NCBI RefSeq assembly: GCF_006345805.1
Contig: NC_042998.1
Span: forward strand, 66,030,001 to 66,094,000
Direction: 5' to 3'
Source: Octopus sinensis
Lineage: Eukaryota
DNA: 64,000 nt
The position numbers were made by a program, and so were the translations under genes. The notes beneath the pieces were generated by a model, which saw only the letters and a list, made by a program, of their open reading frames with translations, was not told the DNA's origin and searched no databases. How positions within the stretch are numbered: position 1 is the first letter of the stretch; every line of letters begins with the position of its first letter. Positions 42,065-55,420 of the stretch are shown piece after piece.

Positions 42065-42480
42065 CATGTCTAACTTAATAGCACCACCTGGCGAAGTCTT
42101 TCAATTCAGGATTTGGGCACCAAGGCCCATTCGAGCAGAGAGTTATTGTTTGCGGAGACATATCCGAGTGTGTGTGGTTTGTCCGGGACTATTTGAAGGA
42201 ATTTGTCCAAAGATTTCTTAAATTTTGTGTGGTCAGTTTCTGTTTTGATGTGTCCTGGTGTAATGTTGAAAAGAGCGGGATCAATTGAGTTGAAATAATT
42301 GTGGCGTATTGTTGTTATGAGATGCGATTTAGATTTTTGTAGTGGACAGATGGCACGGGGTCCAAGTTTTGGATGTATTTTGAAGGTGATGCCAACATCA
42401 TTTGGGCAGTGCTGACGGAATATTTTCCACATTATACAATGTAGGGTTCACGGCGTCGTTGGATTGAATACAGTTTCTGC
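42065..42480 (-). mobile_element. CR1-group LINE 3' fragment
   Basis: ORF 42106-42432 MWKI..HPKLG..RHNYFNSIDPALFN..FKKSLDKFLQIVPDKP..GY..NNSLL is the typical CR1 ORF2 C-terminus. Confidence 0.8.
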
Positions 42481-42718
42481 GTTTCCGTCAGTTCAGGGTA
42501 GCCTGCCTCGCTCGCTTAGATGACTGCAACCTCTCTGCAAATATATCATATTATCAGTAAAATTTATTTACTGATCACCGAAATTAGACAGTATACGACC
42601 ATTGTATCGCTCCACCACCGCTTATGTCTCTCTGAGACATTTAAAAATTCAATATTTCTACTATATATATATATTTGTTGTTTATACACATGTATTCGTC
42701 TTATATATAAATATATAA

Positions 42719-42784
<66 letters not shown>

Positions 42785-45399
42785 GAGAGAGACAGGGAGA
42801 GAGAGACAGACAGACAGAGAGAAATATATGGTTCATGAAGTATTGTTTGATGTATATGTTTGTGTCTGCGTTTATAATATAAAAATATCTAAAGACTGCA
42901 TGTTCGTAGAAACGTTAGCGCGCCGGGCGAAATTCTTAACGGAGGCGTTAATATGCAAAACTTCGAAAGAGTTCCAGCAGTGCTTCCAGTAGTGCAAATG
43001 TGTAAGCATGTAAAACTAAGTGAATAAAATAATATTGCAAAATTCTGATTTCTTTTCGGTAACACCTCGTATATATTAAACAAGAATGTCGTTGACAATG
43101 ACTTCGTAGATGAGGCCATGTAAGCCAACGTCGGTTAATGTCTTGGCTAGCCGAATATTCGAAGTCGCAGTCGACAAATATTCTTGTTTTAGAATAATAA
43201 TTCTTTACTCTATAAATGTGTAGAGTAAGCACTCAGATTAATGTAATTTATTTTAAACTCTAACTGAGTCAAACATTAATATGTTTAAAAGCCTTCTTGT
43301 TGCAGTTACTTGATAGATAAATAATTATCAAGTCGGGCAGCTTAATTGTCTGTCAGTTTATCACCTTTGAATGTAGGTTTTGCATACACGTGAAAGCCAT
43401 GTTCCATATTGATGTCAACACTGACGTTTTTCAGTTACTAATAACCCTTTCAGTTACCTGTCATCTTTTGCATATAAGTTCAGATTATCCATGTGCAGCA
43501 AGTGTGAGACAACCTTATCAAACATTTTGTGACAGTAATTTATTGTTTTCAGCTCGTTTGAGAAGGCAATCTAGGAAAGGCAGAGAGGGGAGAGCGAGAG
43601 TGTGCATGTGTAACGCCCAGGAATATTTAATGATGTGTTTTGATGTTATCTGACATATACGAGCCTTTCTCGTGGTTGAGAAGCAATTTCTTGTTCCACA
43701 ATCCCATACTGTATTGCAGAAAACCTTGTATGAAAGGATATATCTTGTATATATTCAGTGCCCTTCTGACAACGTTAACTGCATTATAACTCAATCATGC
43801 TGTGCTGAAATTTCTGGGTTTTTATTTTTAATGAGTAATTTTCGAGTTTATAACTTTTTCGTTTATGGGGAAGGATTTATTTGTCGAGAAACTGGTACAT
43901 CCTTTCGGTGAGGTTGGATGCATTTTATACATAGTGGTCAAACACTTAATTGGCCTACAGGATTTTGAGCTATCGAAATAAAAATTACAACCTACGATTG
44001 ACAGACGTCATCTTAAATGCTTGACGTCTAGGCGCCTCAAGGCGCCTCAATTTCACAATTAAACACTTAAACGCGGTGCTCCAGCATGGTTCCTGCCTCG
44101 GGCTAAACCCATAATGCGATGAAAGAATAAAAGCATATAAATTGGCCCCTATTGCTGTTCAATGCATAATTTCGAAAGCAAAACAAACGATGGTCTATGT
44201 GAATGTATATAATGTATATGTTATATACAGACACATACACGTGTGTGTGTGTGTGGTGTGTGTGTCTGTGTGTGTGTGTGTGTGTGTGTCTGTGTGTGTG
44301 TGTGTGTCTGTGTGTGTGTGTGTGTATTTACTAATTCGAATATACTGGCTTTGTGAATCGAATTGGTAGAGGACAAATATGCATTGTAGTAAACTAGAAT
44401 ATACATGAAATTTGTACGAGTGTTTGCTATTGAAAATTAATGTTTAATCTTTCTTTGTTCCGCTTTCTCGTATAAGAATGATCAAACTGATAAATCAGAC
44501 CACCACATATAAAGAAGAAATAAACCATAACATGATCACGTGCTAATGCAAAAATTTACCATACGCAAGTATCCGTATTCTTTGATATATTTTGTTAGTG
44601 CTGCAGTAGGAATTTCTGGAGCAGTTTTCGTATTGAAAAACTACTTGTTTCCAATAAAAAGAAGAAAGAAAATTTCGAGTGTGAGGAAATTATTGTTCCA
44701 GAGATGAATGCCATATATCCAGAAGATAGGGTATAAAGGATATAAGTATTTGATTTGTTGCATAATTATGAGGTGAAACAGAAGGAAATGAAACGTAAAT
44801 CTGAAACGGAACACAAAAGCTAGGTCACGAGTAGAAACAAACTAGCATGTTTGCAATATCGGTAAAAATATCGAAGCATTGCTTTTGTAATATGCTAGTA
44901 TAGTTCGGGATTTCTGCAATGATAAGTAACGATCTGGAATGAAAAATAGATAAACGTAGTAGAAATACGTTAGCTATGCACAATGGTTTGCATCAGCTAA
45001 ACAGAAATCTATAGATTATTTTTCCTAGGAAATTTAGAACCAGAGGCTATTTAGTGTAAATATGCAGCATATTTTCTAAAAATAATACTTAAAATTGTCA
45101 GAAATTTCAAAACGAAATAATATATAGAAGAATATAAATTTCATATACAACATTTATGCCAGGCATGAAGCTTTTACATTAAGTTTATGTAACATTTTTC
45201 TATACAAACTACAATTTGTTTCAGTGGAATTCCTAATTATGGCTTTGGTTAAAGATAGTAAAATTGATTGTCATGTTGGATATAATTGCTTTCTATATCC
45301 TGTTGGTGGTCCTTTGGAAGTCATACGTTTAGACAGCTGCTCCCATCGATAGTTACTACACAATATACAATTCACGACAGAATGCGAAGAAAGAAAACT

Positions 45400-45905
45400 A
45401 GGCTACACAAAGTAAAGCGTCTCAATGCAGATTATCAGACACTGGGAAAGACTGAAAGGAACTTCGCCCTACAACGAAGACGGAAAAGATAGGCAGTGAT
45501 ATACATCTGGAAAGTCCTGGAAGACCTTATACCAGATTTTGGCATTGAATGTTATACAAACTTCAGAATGGAGTTGCCACAGCATATTGCCAGATATCAC
45601 TGCATCAAAACACAGGACCACATACTGCAACAGCTTAGTATTCAAAGGCCTACCGCTCTTGAATATCTTTCCAAAATGCCCGGGGTACCGCCAAGGTCTG
45701 AATGTAGGTCTCTTCAAAACAAAACTCGATCCAGTCCTCTCAAGGTTTCCAGATAAGTCTAACCAACAGCAGAAAAGAGATGAGGGCAGCGTAATCAAAC
45801 TCCCGCATTAAAAGATCTAAGAAGTTTCACATGATGTTGTAGCACACTCAATGGTGGTGCCCCCGCATGACCGCAGCTTTGAAGCTGAAACACTTGAAAA
45901 GTTTA
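45400..45905 (+). mobile_element. CR1-group LINE 3' fragment with 3' UTR
   Basis: HWERLK..LQRRRKR*AVIYIWKVLE..YCNSLVFKGLPLLN..FKTKLDPVLSRFPDK across frameshifts. Confidence 0.8.
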
Positions 45906-45943
45906 AAGATTTTTATATAATGCATATATATATATTTATATAT

Positions 45944-46001
<58 letters not shown>

Positions 46002-46035
46002 TTTTAATCTAAATTGTTGCTGATATACATATATA

Positions 46036-46383
46036 AAGGGTAAAGACCCACTTCGGTCATGAATGACCATGGGATTGCACCTAGAAAGTTAGCTTCCTAG
46101 ATACAAGTCCGGGCAAGGTTGTTTATGGAAGGCAGGCCAGCAGTCGCCCATGCATACCAGACTCCCCTCTCCACGCCACCAGTATTATCCAAGGGAAAGA
46201 CAAAGGTCGATACAGCTTGGCACCAGTGACGTCGCAACTCATTTCTACAGCTGAGTGAACTGGAGCAACTTGAAATAAAGTGCCTTGTTCGAGAACACAA
46301 CACGCAGCCCGGTCCGGGATTCGAGCTCACAACCTCACGATCGTAAGCTCGACGCTCTAACCACTGAGCCATGCGCCTTCACA
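46036..46383 (-). mobile_element. tRNA-derived SINE family C
   Basis: Minus head GGCGCATGGCTCAGTGGTTAGAGCG...GAGCTCGAATCCC (A and B boxes) followed by a ~270-bp body; not a clean tRNA cloverleaf. Confidence 0.85.
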
Positions 46384-46498
46384 TCTATATATAGATAGAT
46401 ATACATACATACATATACATACATGTATATATATATATGTATTTCGTTTTGGGATTTTGTTTGCAAGATTCTTTATGTGAGTTCGTGCGTTCAAGCAT

Positions 46499-46699
46499 AT
46501 TCTATTGTGTCTGGGGAGAGTCATTTTCTTTTTGTGCCTTATAATATAACTCAATCACCGGAAAAATTTCCAAAACTATTGAAAAGATTGCAAGACACAC
46601 CGAAAATTTTAGGAAAATAAAAATACGGGTAAAATTTGACCGGTGAGTGTGTTATATTATAAGGCACAAAAAAATGACTCTCCCCAGACACATAGAATA
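46499..46699. mobile_element. MITE with ~60-bp terminal inverted repeats
   Basis: TGTGTCTGGGGAGAGTCATTTT..GTGCCTTATAATATAAC..CACCGG versus its reverse complement at 46640-46699. Confidence 0.88.
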
Positions 46700-46718
46700 T
46701 ATATATGTAGATATACAC

Positions 46719-46777
<59 letters not shown>

Positions 46778-46797
46778 ATTATATATATATGTGAGTG

Positions 46798-46830
<33 letters not shown>

Positions 46831-46844
46831 ACATATATATAGGG

Positions 46845-47297
46845 AGTAAGGCTTAGTTGTTTCAGCCTTTCCCAGTAGCTGAGCTATTGCTATGTGACTA
46901 TATTCTTTGTGAAGCTTCGCTGGATTGCTTCAAGGTCCGCTATTAATTTCACACTGTTTGGTGACCATAGCTGGGAGCAGTAATCCAGGAAACTGAGGGC
47001 GAATGTCCTCCAGAGACCGAACATAGTTTCCTTTACTCTGGTTCTGAACGTTCTCAGGATCCATCCAGCCAGTCGTCTACAATTTGTAGCCATCCTGGTA
47101 ATGTGTACTTGGAAAGCGGTATAATCACTGTTGATACCCAGGCCCCTCACTGATTTCGGCTCTAGGATTGTAATCCTCTGTGGACCAGTGTACCGTGAAA
47201 GTTTTAAATTCGGTCTTGTCCTCAGCCCATCTGTAAATTGAGTCCAAGACCTGCTGCAGGTGCGCAACATCGGATGGTTCGTCTATTACCGATAAAT
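46845..47297 (-). mobile_element. CR1-group LINE RT C-terminal fragment
   Basis: DVAHLQQVLDSIYRWAE..GWILRTFRTR..LDYCSQLWSP..LEAIQRSFTK..YWERLK. Confidence 0.85.
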
Positions 47298-47299
47298 TA

Positions 47300-48015
47300 A
47301 TTACCGGTATATGATTAGTTCTTGATTTATATATAATTTTCATGTCTTGCCCGCTAATGTTCTGGTGTTTGCTGAATTTCTCTGCAGAACATTCTTTTCT
47401 TTGTAGTTAGATTGTATGTGATCTTCTTCTAGCATATTGGTTATCCACCTAGTGGTTTATCCCTAAATATACACATGTATCAAAATCTTTCCTGATTTTT
47501 CAGATTTTTTTTTATATATGCTAGGTTACTAGTCTTAAATTGATATTAATTAAATTAATATTCAAATTATCACCCCCATTATTTAAATTTTAAAATAATT
47601 ATGTTATCTCATCGGCAACATTAACTGCAGTAAATTATCTGATGCAGAACTGTTTCCGGAATTTAGCGCGCCAGAACTTAGTCATTTGAAAACCACCCCA
47701 ATGTAATCGGTGGAACTGAGCATATGTCTAATTTTATAAAGACAACCAGTGTTTAGTTTTACAAATTATATTGAATTGGGACGAACGTATTGACCAGTCT
47801 GCGGACGAAAAATTACGCTAGTAACTTATCGGTAATAGACGAAATCGGTATACGATTAATTCTTGATTTTTATGTAATTTTCATCTGTCTTGGCCGCTTA
47901 TGTTCTGGTGTTTTCTCTGGAGACCATTCTTTTCTTTGTAGTTAGATCGTATGTGATCTTCTTCTAGCATATTGGTTATCCACCTAGTGGTTTATCCCTA
48001 AATATACACATGTAT
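47300..48015. repeat. ~190-bp direct duplication
   Basis: 47300-47486 versus 47844-48015; the 91-bp 3' parts (47390-47480, 47925-48015) differ at one base. Confidence 0.88.
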
Positions 48016-48024
48016 TGAAATATC

Positions 48025-48066
<42 letters not shown>

Positions 48067-48557
48067 GGTGTGTGTGTGTGTGTGTGTATGTGTGTGTGTT
48101 TGTGTTTGTATATGTATATATGTATATATTTGTGCATAGATAGATAGATAGATAGAAGATAGATATTTTCTTTATTAGCCACACAGGGCTGCACACAGAT
48201 AGACAAATTACAAGGTAGAGCTTTTCTTTGAAGGTTTAAAAAAAAAAAAAAAAAAAAGAAGGGGAGTTTCGATCAAAAGGGATCGTAAAAGGAGAGAAAG
48301 TGGACAAAAAAAAAAAAGGGGGTTAAAAAAAAAAAAAAAAAAAGGGGGGGAGAGGAAAAAAAAATTGATCAATAGGGATCGTTATCACAGAAATGTCAAT
48401 ATGAAGTGTAAAGGGGAGGACAGGTGAGGTTTACGCGTGGAAAGAAAAGCCTACGGAAAAGACCACGGTAACCTCGGTCAATGAAGTCACATTTTATATT
48501 TCTTTTTTTTTTTTTTTTTTTTGCAAATAAGCAACTCTCTGTTTTCGATTTCTGGGT

Positions 48558-51500
48558 TCATAGGACTATGCTCAAGGTGGCTTCGTCATTCATACGTGCC
48601 ATTCTTGCTACATTCACCCATCTTTTTTTAAAACATTCGCTAGACAAAACTTGCCTCTCTACTCTCACTTTCCTTTTCAAGTGGTACTTGAAGAAGTTGA
48701 TGAGAGATTGACCAGAGGAAAGTGTTTGTCTCCAATCCTTTCAGACGCGTCCACCAGATACATTTTTCGCCATAGCCACAAGGATGATGAAAATAGCTCT
48801 TCCTTCCCGTTTGAAGGAAGGAGGCGTGACAATATTGACGATAGACTCAGCTGATAAACCGACTCGTCCCACACGTGACAGCAGTTGTTCGACATAAGCC
48901 CACAGGTCGGAAATTGTTGGACACTGAACGAGTGCGTGCAGAACGGTTTCGTCGCTCTGACCGCATCTCGGGCAGGTCGGCCCCGTGTTTCTCGAGCCGT
49001 GTCTGTAGAGCTATCCCGAACGGGTAGCGCTTCTCAGTAGCACTGCCAGGCCAGGGATCTCTGGAAGTTGTCCATGGGCCCTGGCCCGAAAGTCGTCCCG
49101 AACAGGCGGGTCAGGTACTCCTCGTCGACGTCCAGGTTCGCCCCGAGCTCGTCGTCGTACCTCCCCTCCCTTAAACCCCTATAGAATGCTTTGGTTGTGT
49201 TGAAGTCACTTAAGGTCGACCCAGGACGGCAGAGTTGCTTGAGAGCAACGCGACACTCGCGGTGCCATTCGCCCTTCCTCGGCCTCTTTTTGATCCACGA
49301 CTGCAGTTCGGTCATGGAGACGAGCTGCGGGAAAGCGTGCCTCACAAACGGCGACCACACCTGTTCACCGTCGTCTACATAGAGCCAGAGATGTCGCAGT
49401 CTCAGCGCGTGTCTGCGCATCATCAACCACGGCATGCCCAGCCCTCCTTTTAACGGGTGTTGACAGCAAATGGATCGCCTGACCATCGGGACGCATCCTT
49501 TCCACAAGAAGCGAAAGAGGATGCGTTGTAGTTTGGTGATGGTAGGGTCGGGACAAGGTACGACGGTCAGGCGGTAGTAGATGACGGACGCGATGTACGT
49601 GTTCGCCACCTCCGCTCGACCTTTTAGGGACAGTTCCTCTCGCCCATTGCCGGGCGAGAGTGACCACCCACTCGTATATCTCGTTCCAGTTCTTCTCCAC
49701 TTGGAGGTCCGGACCGAACCAGACCCCGAGCAACTCAACCGGGCCGTCGGTCCAGCGTCCCACGACGGAGGCGCTGGTGGACGGCATGGGCTTGCTTCTC
49801 CAGGTGCCTAGTCGCAAGCCCACTGACTTTTCCCGGTTGATTTTCGCTCCTGTCACCGCTTCGTAGTTTTTCAGTGTCTCGCCGACCAGCTCGATGTGCT
49901 CGTGGCTAGACACTATGACGGTGACGTCGTCCGCGTATGCAGACACGCTCGTCCGCCCATCCCAATTCTCGCGGGATGCCCCTTAGAGTCGCCGCTTCCG
50001 CAGTAGTGGCTCAAGAGTCAATACGTATAGAAGCGCCGAGAGGGGGCATCCCTGACGGACCGAACGTGCAATGTCGAAAGGTCTCGATAGATGTCCATTT
50101 ACGCGGATTACCGAACGGATGCCTCTGTACAAGGCAGCTATCCAGCCGCGGAAGACGGGACCGAAACCAGCCGCTCTCAGGACTGCCTCCAAGTATCGAT
50201 GGTCTACCCTAGGCTTTCGATTGATCCAAGTTGATCAGGGCCCCACCCATGCCAGGTTCGTTAACTACCCTGTCTATGATGTAGCGCATCAGATGGAGGT
50301 TGTCATGGATGGTCCGGCCTGGCACGGCGCATGTTTGCGCCTTGTCGACCAGTTTCTCGATGACAAGCGCCAACCTCTTGGCTAGCACCTTGGCCAAAAT
50401 TTTCAAGTCTGCATTAAGCAGAGTGATGGGCCTAAAGTTATCTATTACATTTCCCTTGTTTAGATCTTTCTTCAGCAGTGTTACGGCTCCTCGGCTCACA
50501 AAACCAGGAATGCTCCCGTTTTGCTGCCAGTTGCAGTACACCGCCGCCAAGAGATCTCCAAACAAGTCTGGCATACAATTGTAAAGCTCGTAGGGTAGAC
50601 CATCCAAACCCGGTGATTTGTCCCTCGAGCATTCTGCCATCGCTTCCCGCACTTCCGCCGCCGTGATGGCACCTTCGCAGCACCCTGCCTTTCTTGTCGA
50701 GAGTCGTGGTAGGCTATGTAGGTAGGCACTGAAGTCCACCCTACTTCTTGCCCTCCACTCGTTCCGAACAGTCGGGCAAAATGCTGCTGAAAGGCCTCAC
50801 ACATTTTACTTGGCTCGAGCAATTCGCGCCCCTGTTCATCTACCAGTGACCGAATGGTGGCTTTGTTGCCCTGTTGCGCCTCTGCCACCCGGCCTCTCTC
50901 GCGGCTCCACACCTTCGTTCCTTAGAGCACGCATCCTAGCTCTGACAGCACATCCTTCGTGTTTGGCGTTGAAGTGTTGGTCGAGGGCCAACCTCGCCGC
51001 CAAAACGTCGGATGCGATGCCGCTTCTAATTGCCTCTTCTAGCTTCTTAACTAGCTCACCCTCTACTCTATTTCTATCTATGGCTAGTGCTTTGCTGTAC
51101 CTAATCGCTTCTGCTGCTTTACTGCTCTCTTGAGGGCCAACCACCATTTGTTGTTGATGATGGCTCCCGTCAAAGCCCTCTTTACTAGTGTGCTAATCCG
51201 GTCTCTGAAAACTTGTCTCGATGGAAAGACGCGTTTAGTTTCCAGTATCCGGGACCCTGCCTAAGTGTCTTACCTAAGTCTAGCGTACATGTCACAAGTT
51301 TGTGAACCGTGTAGCTGACTATGTGGAATTGTGGACATCCTATGCTATCTCTATCTACTGTCCTACACAGTATCCTATCTAGATACGATCTCGACGACCG
51401 ATGCGGTTGCTCCATGTCCACGTTGGCGCATTCGGGTGGTCTAGTCGGAACCTGTCAGACAGTTGAAAGCGTCTGAGCAGGTCTCTGAGGCATTTGCATC

Positions 51501-51986
51501 CCCGTCTATTCCTATCTCTACTCTACCCACGTAGTCTACATGCGTGTCCAAGGTAGCATTCCAATCCCCCACTAAGAGTAAAGGACGAGACGTTCCCAAG
51601 AAAACTTCTAGACGTTGAAAGAAATCCGCCCGACCTGTTAAGGGCGGTGCGTAAACTGATACGAGTCGAAAAGCGCACCCATTGCTGCCGTCGACATCCA
51701 GGACGACCAGTCTACCCTCCGGGTCTACGAATATTGTCCTTACATTGAGATCCAGACTCTTGTGAAAAAGTACCGCGGTGCCACTACCGCCCATTCTCGG
51801 CAGACAGGGGGAAAAATAAATGTTGAACTGTCCGCCAAACATGGTCTTTAGGGCCCGCGGATTGTGGAGTCTGGTCTCGCTTATGGCTATGATTTCTAAC
51901 TTATGTGACTTTATGTCATTTAAGAGGTACCCTTGTTTCCAAGGGGACCCCAAGCCACGCGCATTTACACAACCAATCTTGATCAT
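48558..51986 (-). pseudogene. Tx1 ORF2 (AP endonuclease, reverse transcriptase, zinc finger), disrupted
   Basis: MIKIGCVNARGL..ISETRL..LVGDWNA (APE); YWKLNAS; SPGLDGLPYE, FRPITLLNAD, LDQSKA, SVRQGCPLS, AYADD (RT); CPRC..ETVLHALVQC; stop at 48558-48560; split over at least 8 frames. Confidence 0.92.
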
Positions 51987-51999
51987 AGTTCTAATGAAT

Positions 52000-54015
52000 T
52001 AGAATACAGAGGGTTACTTACTGCTCGAAAGTTTTTGCTTTCTCCTCCGTTGGTTTGTCCTCGGAAGATCCCAGTACAGTTTCTTTGTGAGATATTTTGG
52101 CATTTACCAACCGCACTGGGGAAAATGCCTTTGAGTGTGTGGTGCAGACTTTTGAGATGTGTAATATTTTGATGTGGTCTGGTGGTGTTGTGTATGGGTG
52201 ATTGTTGTTTTTATGTCATCTTCTGTTATGTTTGTTTTTGATTGGATGTATTCCATCAAATTTGTGTTTTTGGTGTCTATGGCTGTGAGCATTTTGCTGT
52301 ATATGTTTTTTGTGGTGTTGGTGTGGCTGTTGTTTTTGCGTTGGGTTTTGAAATGTCTTCGGGAGATGTATTCCCCCTGCTTTGTTCGTGTTTGCATTTG
52401 GTTTGGTTGTGTTTCTGCTGCTCTTTTTTTCCTTCTTTTTGTAGCTATTTGCCATTCCTCACTGGTTTCGTCTTCCGACGAAATTTCTGAGAATCAGAAG
52501 GGGGTAGGGGTATGTTGTGGGCTTCTATGTATGTCTGTGTAAGTGGTTGTGTTGTTGTTTTCGTTGTTGTTGGTTGTTGAGTGTTTTTGTGTGTTGAGTG
52601 CGGTATAAGGGATGGGGGATCAGTTTGTGTGTGTTTTTCTTGTTTTTCTGTTCCTTGGGTTTTGCTGTTGATGGTGGTGTTGGTATTTTTCAGGTGTCGA
52701 GTGGTTTTTGGTTGATGACGGATTAGCTTGGTGTGCTTCTCTTGTCGTCTTCTGTGTTGATGGTGGTGTGTGGGTAGTAGAGCTTTTTTTCCGGAGTGCT
52801 TTGGTTTGTGTAGTGGTTGTTGTTGTTGCTCTTGGTGTGCAGTGGTTGGGCACGTCTTTTTCAAGTGTGTTTCGCTTCCACACAAATAGCAGCGTGGTCG
52901 CCTGCCCTCTACCACTATATAGAGTTTGTAGCCTCCTGGCAGTTCTATAGCGGTGGGTATCTTCTCTCTTGCTGCTTCATCCAATTGAAGCAGGAATTCG
53001 ATTGATTTGCCCACATAGTCTTTCTCTCCTAGAACCGCGATTTCCAGGATGTTTGTCTCTGACATTGTCTCTGACATTTCAAAGCAGATGGCAGAGACCA
53101 ACCATTGTGTTTCGACATCAAATGGTATGTTTTTTATTTGGACTTTCGTGACCCTTTTGTTTAAATAGACTGGTATCATTACCAAGTCGTCCGAATGCAG
53201 CTCCAATGTGGAAAAACGTTTTGCTAAACTTTCGTTGAGGAAACGTACTTGGACTGTACCAAATTTGTTTCCCCAACTGATATATTCCTTGGAGTCCCAT
53301 ACAGGACGAAGGCATTTATCGATTTTTTCCTGCGGTGCATTTTTGTTCTTCTTGTTTTTTTGTTTATTACTTTATAAATTATTGTTTTTTTTTGTGTGTT
53401 TTCCACGATGTGTTGTGGAATGTGAAGGTGCAATTTGTCTCCTTCTTTGGAGAAGAGTGCCTTTGTGCGGTTTATCTCTTGTGTGGTGAATGTTACAATT
53501 GTTCTTTTTGTTTTGTTACGTCCGCAAAATCGTTTTGAATTTGGCAGTAGAAGTGTTAATTGTGGCAGTGTTAATTGAAGTCATGGTAGTGGTGTTGGTG
53601 TTGGCGGTATTAGCAGCAGAAGGCTTGGATGTAGCATTTGACGTCGTAGTAGTGGTGTTGGTGTTGGCGGTGTTGTCTTTGGTAGGCGGCTTTGTGCCAA
53701 TTTCGTTGTTGTTGTTGTTGGTGGTGATGGTGGTGGTGCTGGCATTCATGTTTTCGTTTGTATTCATTTTTGAAATCCCTTTCTCTGTCCCTTTATCATC
53801 AACAAGTGGTGTGGGGAGTGAGGGGAAATCTAAGTTAATGTCTTTGGTCGCGGCGATGGTGAATGCGACGTTTTTGTTGTTGTTGTTGTTGTTGGTGGTG
53901 GTGATGGTGGTGACAGCGGTGTTCACGCTGGGATGTTAGCAGCTAGTGGTAGCAATAGTGTTTTGCTACCGTTCTGCATGACTGGCGGGCTAGCCACGTG
54001 GTTTCTAGTTGCCAT
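52000..54015 (-). pseudogene. Tx1 ORF1 (T/N-rich N-terminus, RRM-like region, CCHC knuckle), disrupted
   Basis: Candidate ATG at 54015 (MATRNHV); VTKVQIKNIPFDV..GRRPRCYLCGSETHLKKTC (CX2CX4HX4C); several frameshifts; 3' boundary approximate. Confidence 0.8.
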
Positions 54016-54250
54016 TTTCAAAATGTAAAATGGCTAAAAAACCCACGAAAGTTTTGAAAGTTTTTTTGTAATTTCGCCCATACAGGGGCGGAATTCTACG
54101 TGAATAATTCTCAGGTTTTTTAGTGAATGAACTTGCACAACGATTAAAACAAAATATTTGACAACAAGGAGTTTTAAACATGTAAAAGTGGCCAACTTAC
54201 GTGGAGCCGATATGACTAGCGTCCGTCCATTGTGAGAGATAGAGATAGAT

Positions 54251-54287
<37 letters not shown>

Positions 54288-54598
54288 GTTGTCCATTATA
54301 ATATTAATTAGAAAATCCTGATAGCCGAACAGAAAACAGGGTTTCTGCGCACGAAAAATGGATAAAGTCTTTAACGTGCCGAGCCTACGCTTTTCCAAAG
54401 AAAGATAGATGATGACAGATAAAAGTTGGAGACAAAATTGTTGGAGAGAAAAAAAAAGAACGAAACCAACATGCCTGAAATTAATTGGTCAAGGCATCTG
54501 ATATGATTAGAAGAAAAATAGTGATGCGTATATGTAAAGAAGAAATGTAGGCGTGTATACTGTGTTTATATGTATGGGTGTACATGTGTGTGTATGAT

Positions 54599-54649
<51 letters not shown>

Positions 54650-54666
54650 TCACAGATATACTTATA

Positions 54667-54709
<43 letters not shown>

Positions 54710-55381
54710 TCACGCAGGCGAGTGTGTGTGCAATGAGCAGACAGAGGGAGGAAGAAATATAACTCCGAAGAGTAATGTATAATATATTTGATAAGATCAA
54801 TAAACAAATAAAGCAGAATGAAAATCTATGTTTTCATAAATAAAAACCACCACACAAGCACAGAATCACACGCGTACACAAACGCTCACGCGACTCTATA
54901 TTTTGTTGTATTTTAAATTTATCAACAGAAAAGCATTAGTATGATACTTGTACGAAACGCCCAAGGCTAAGTCTCTTTATCTCTTTGTGAGAATTCTAAC
55001 ATATTCACCAGCAGGGATTATAATTCACTGCAGTTATATAAACAAGCGACATACTCTTTTGAAGAACTCGAAGATGACTGCTGGTTATAAAACGTTGTTG
55101 GATACTTTATGCCTAGGAGGAAATTGCGAGCTGATCCTTGCAAGACAGAACATCAAAAAAGTAAAATATTTTCATACGTAAGATAAATATATTCCTTCTA
55201 ACATAGAACAGTTCCTCCCTACACTCATCAATCAATACTCATTCAACTGCTTCATGTTTATTTTCATGAAACTTCTCTATCGCTCTGTCATGTTTTTCAC
55301 ATTGTATTTTGTCAATGCATTTACTGTTGCATATTCATACACACACGCGCTCGCACAAACACACACATACAAACACAGACA

Positions 55382-55420
<39 letters not shown>

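Larger units (their letters stand above)
48166..54235 (-). mobile_element. Full-length Tx1/L1-clade LINE (~6.07 kb), frameshifted, in a (GATA)n tract
   Basis: 5' UTR, ORF1 with CCHC knuckle, ORF2 with APE, RT and CCHC, pyrimidine-rich 3' UTR, AATAAA at 48171-48176; (GATA)n at 48136-48165 and 54236-54287. Confidence 0.93.

Noticed and set aside
44600-44710. Short plus frame resembling a TM segment plus basic tail (AAVGISGAVFVLKNYLFPIKRRKK)
   Set aside because: Only ~35 codons with no supporting neighbouring exon; expected by chance.
46310-46380. tRNA gene candidate
   Set aside because: The acceptor and anticodon stems do not pair properly and it continues into a SINE body; called a SINE head.
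45400-47297. Two CR1 fragments in opposite orientation as a twin-priming inversion
   Set aside because: The inverted 5' piece lies downstream rather than upstream, the pieces overlap around YWERLK, and they look diverged; more likely separate copies.
52104-53939. Several overlapping plus- and minus-strand ORFs as extra genes
   Set aside because: They are alternative frames of the low-complexity, frameshifted Tx1 ORF1.
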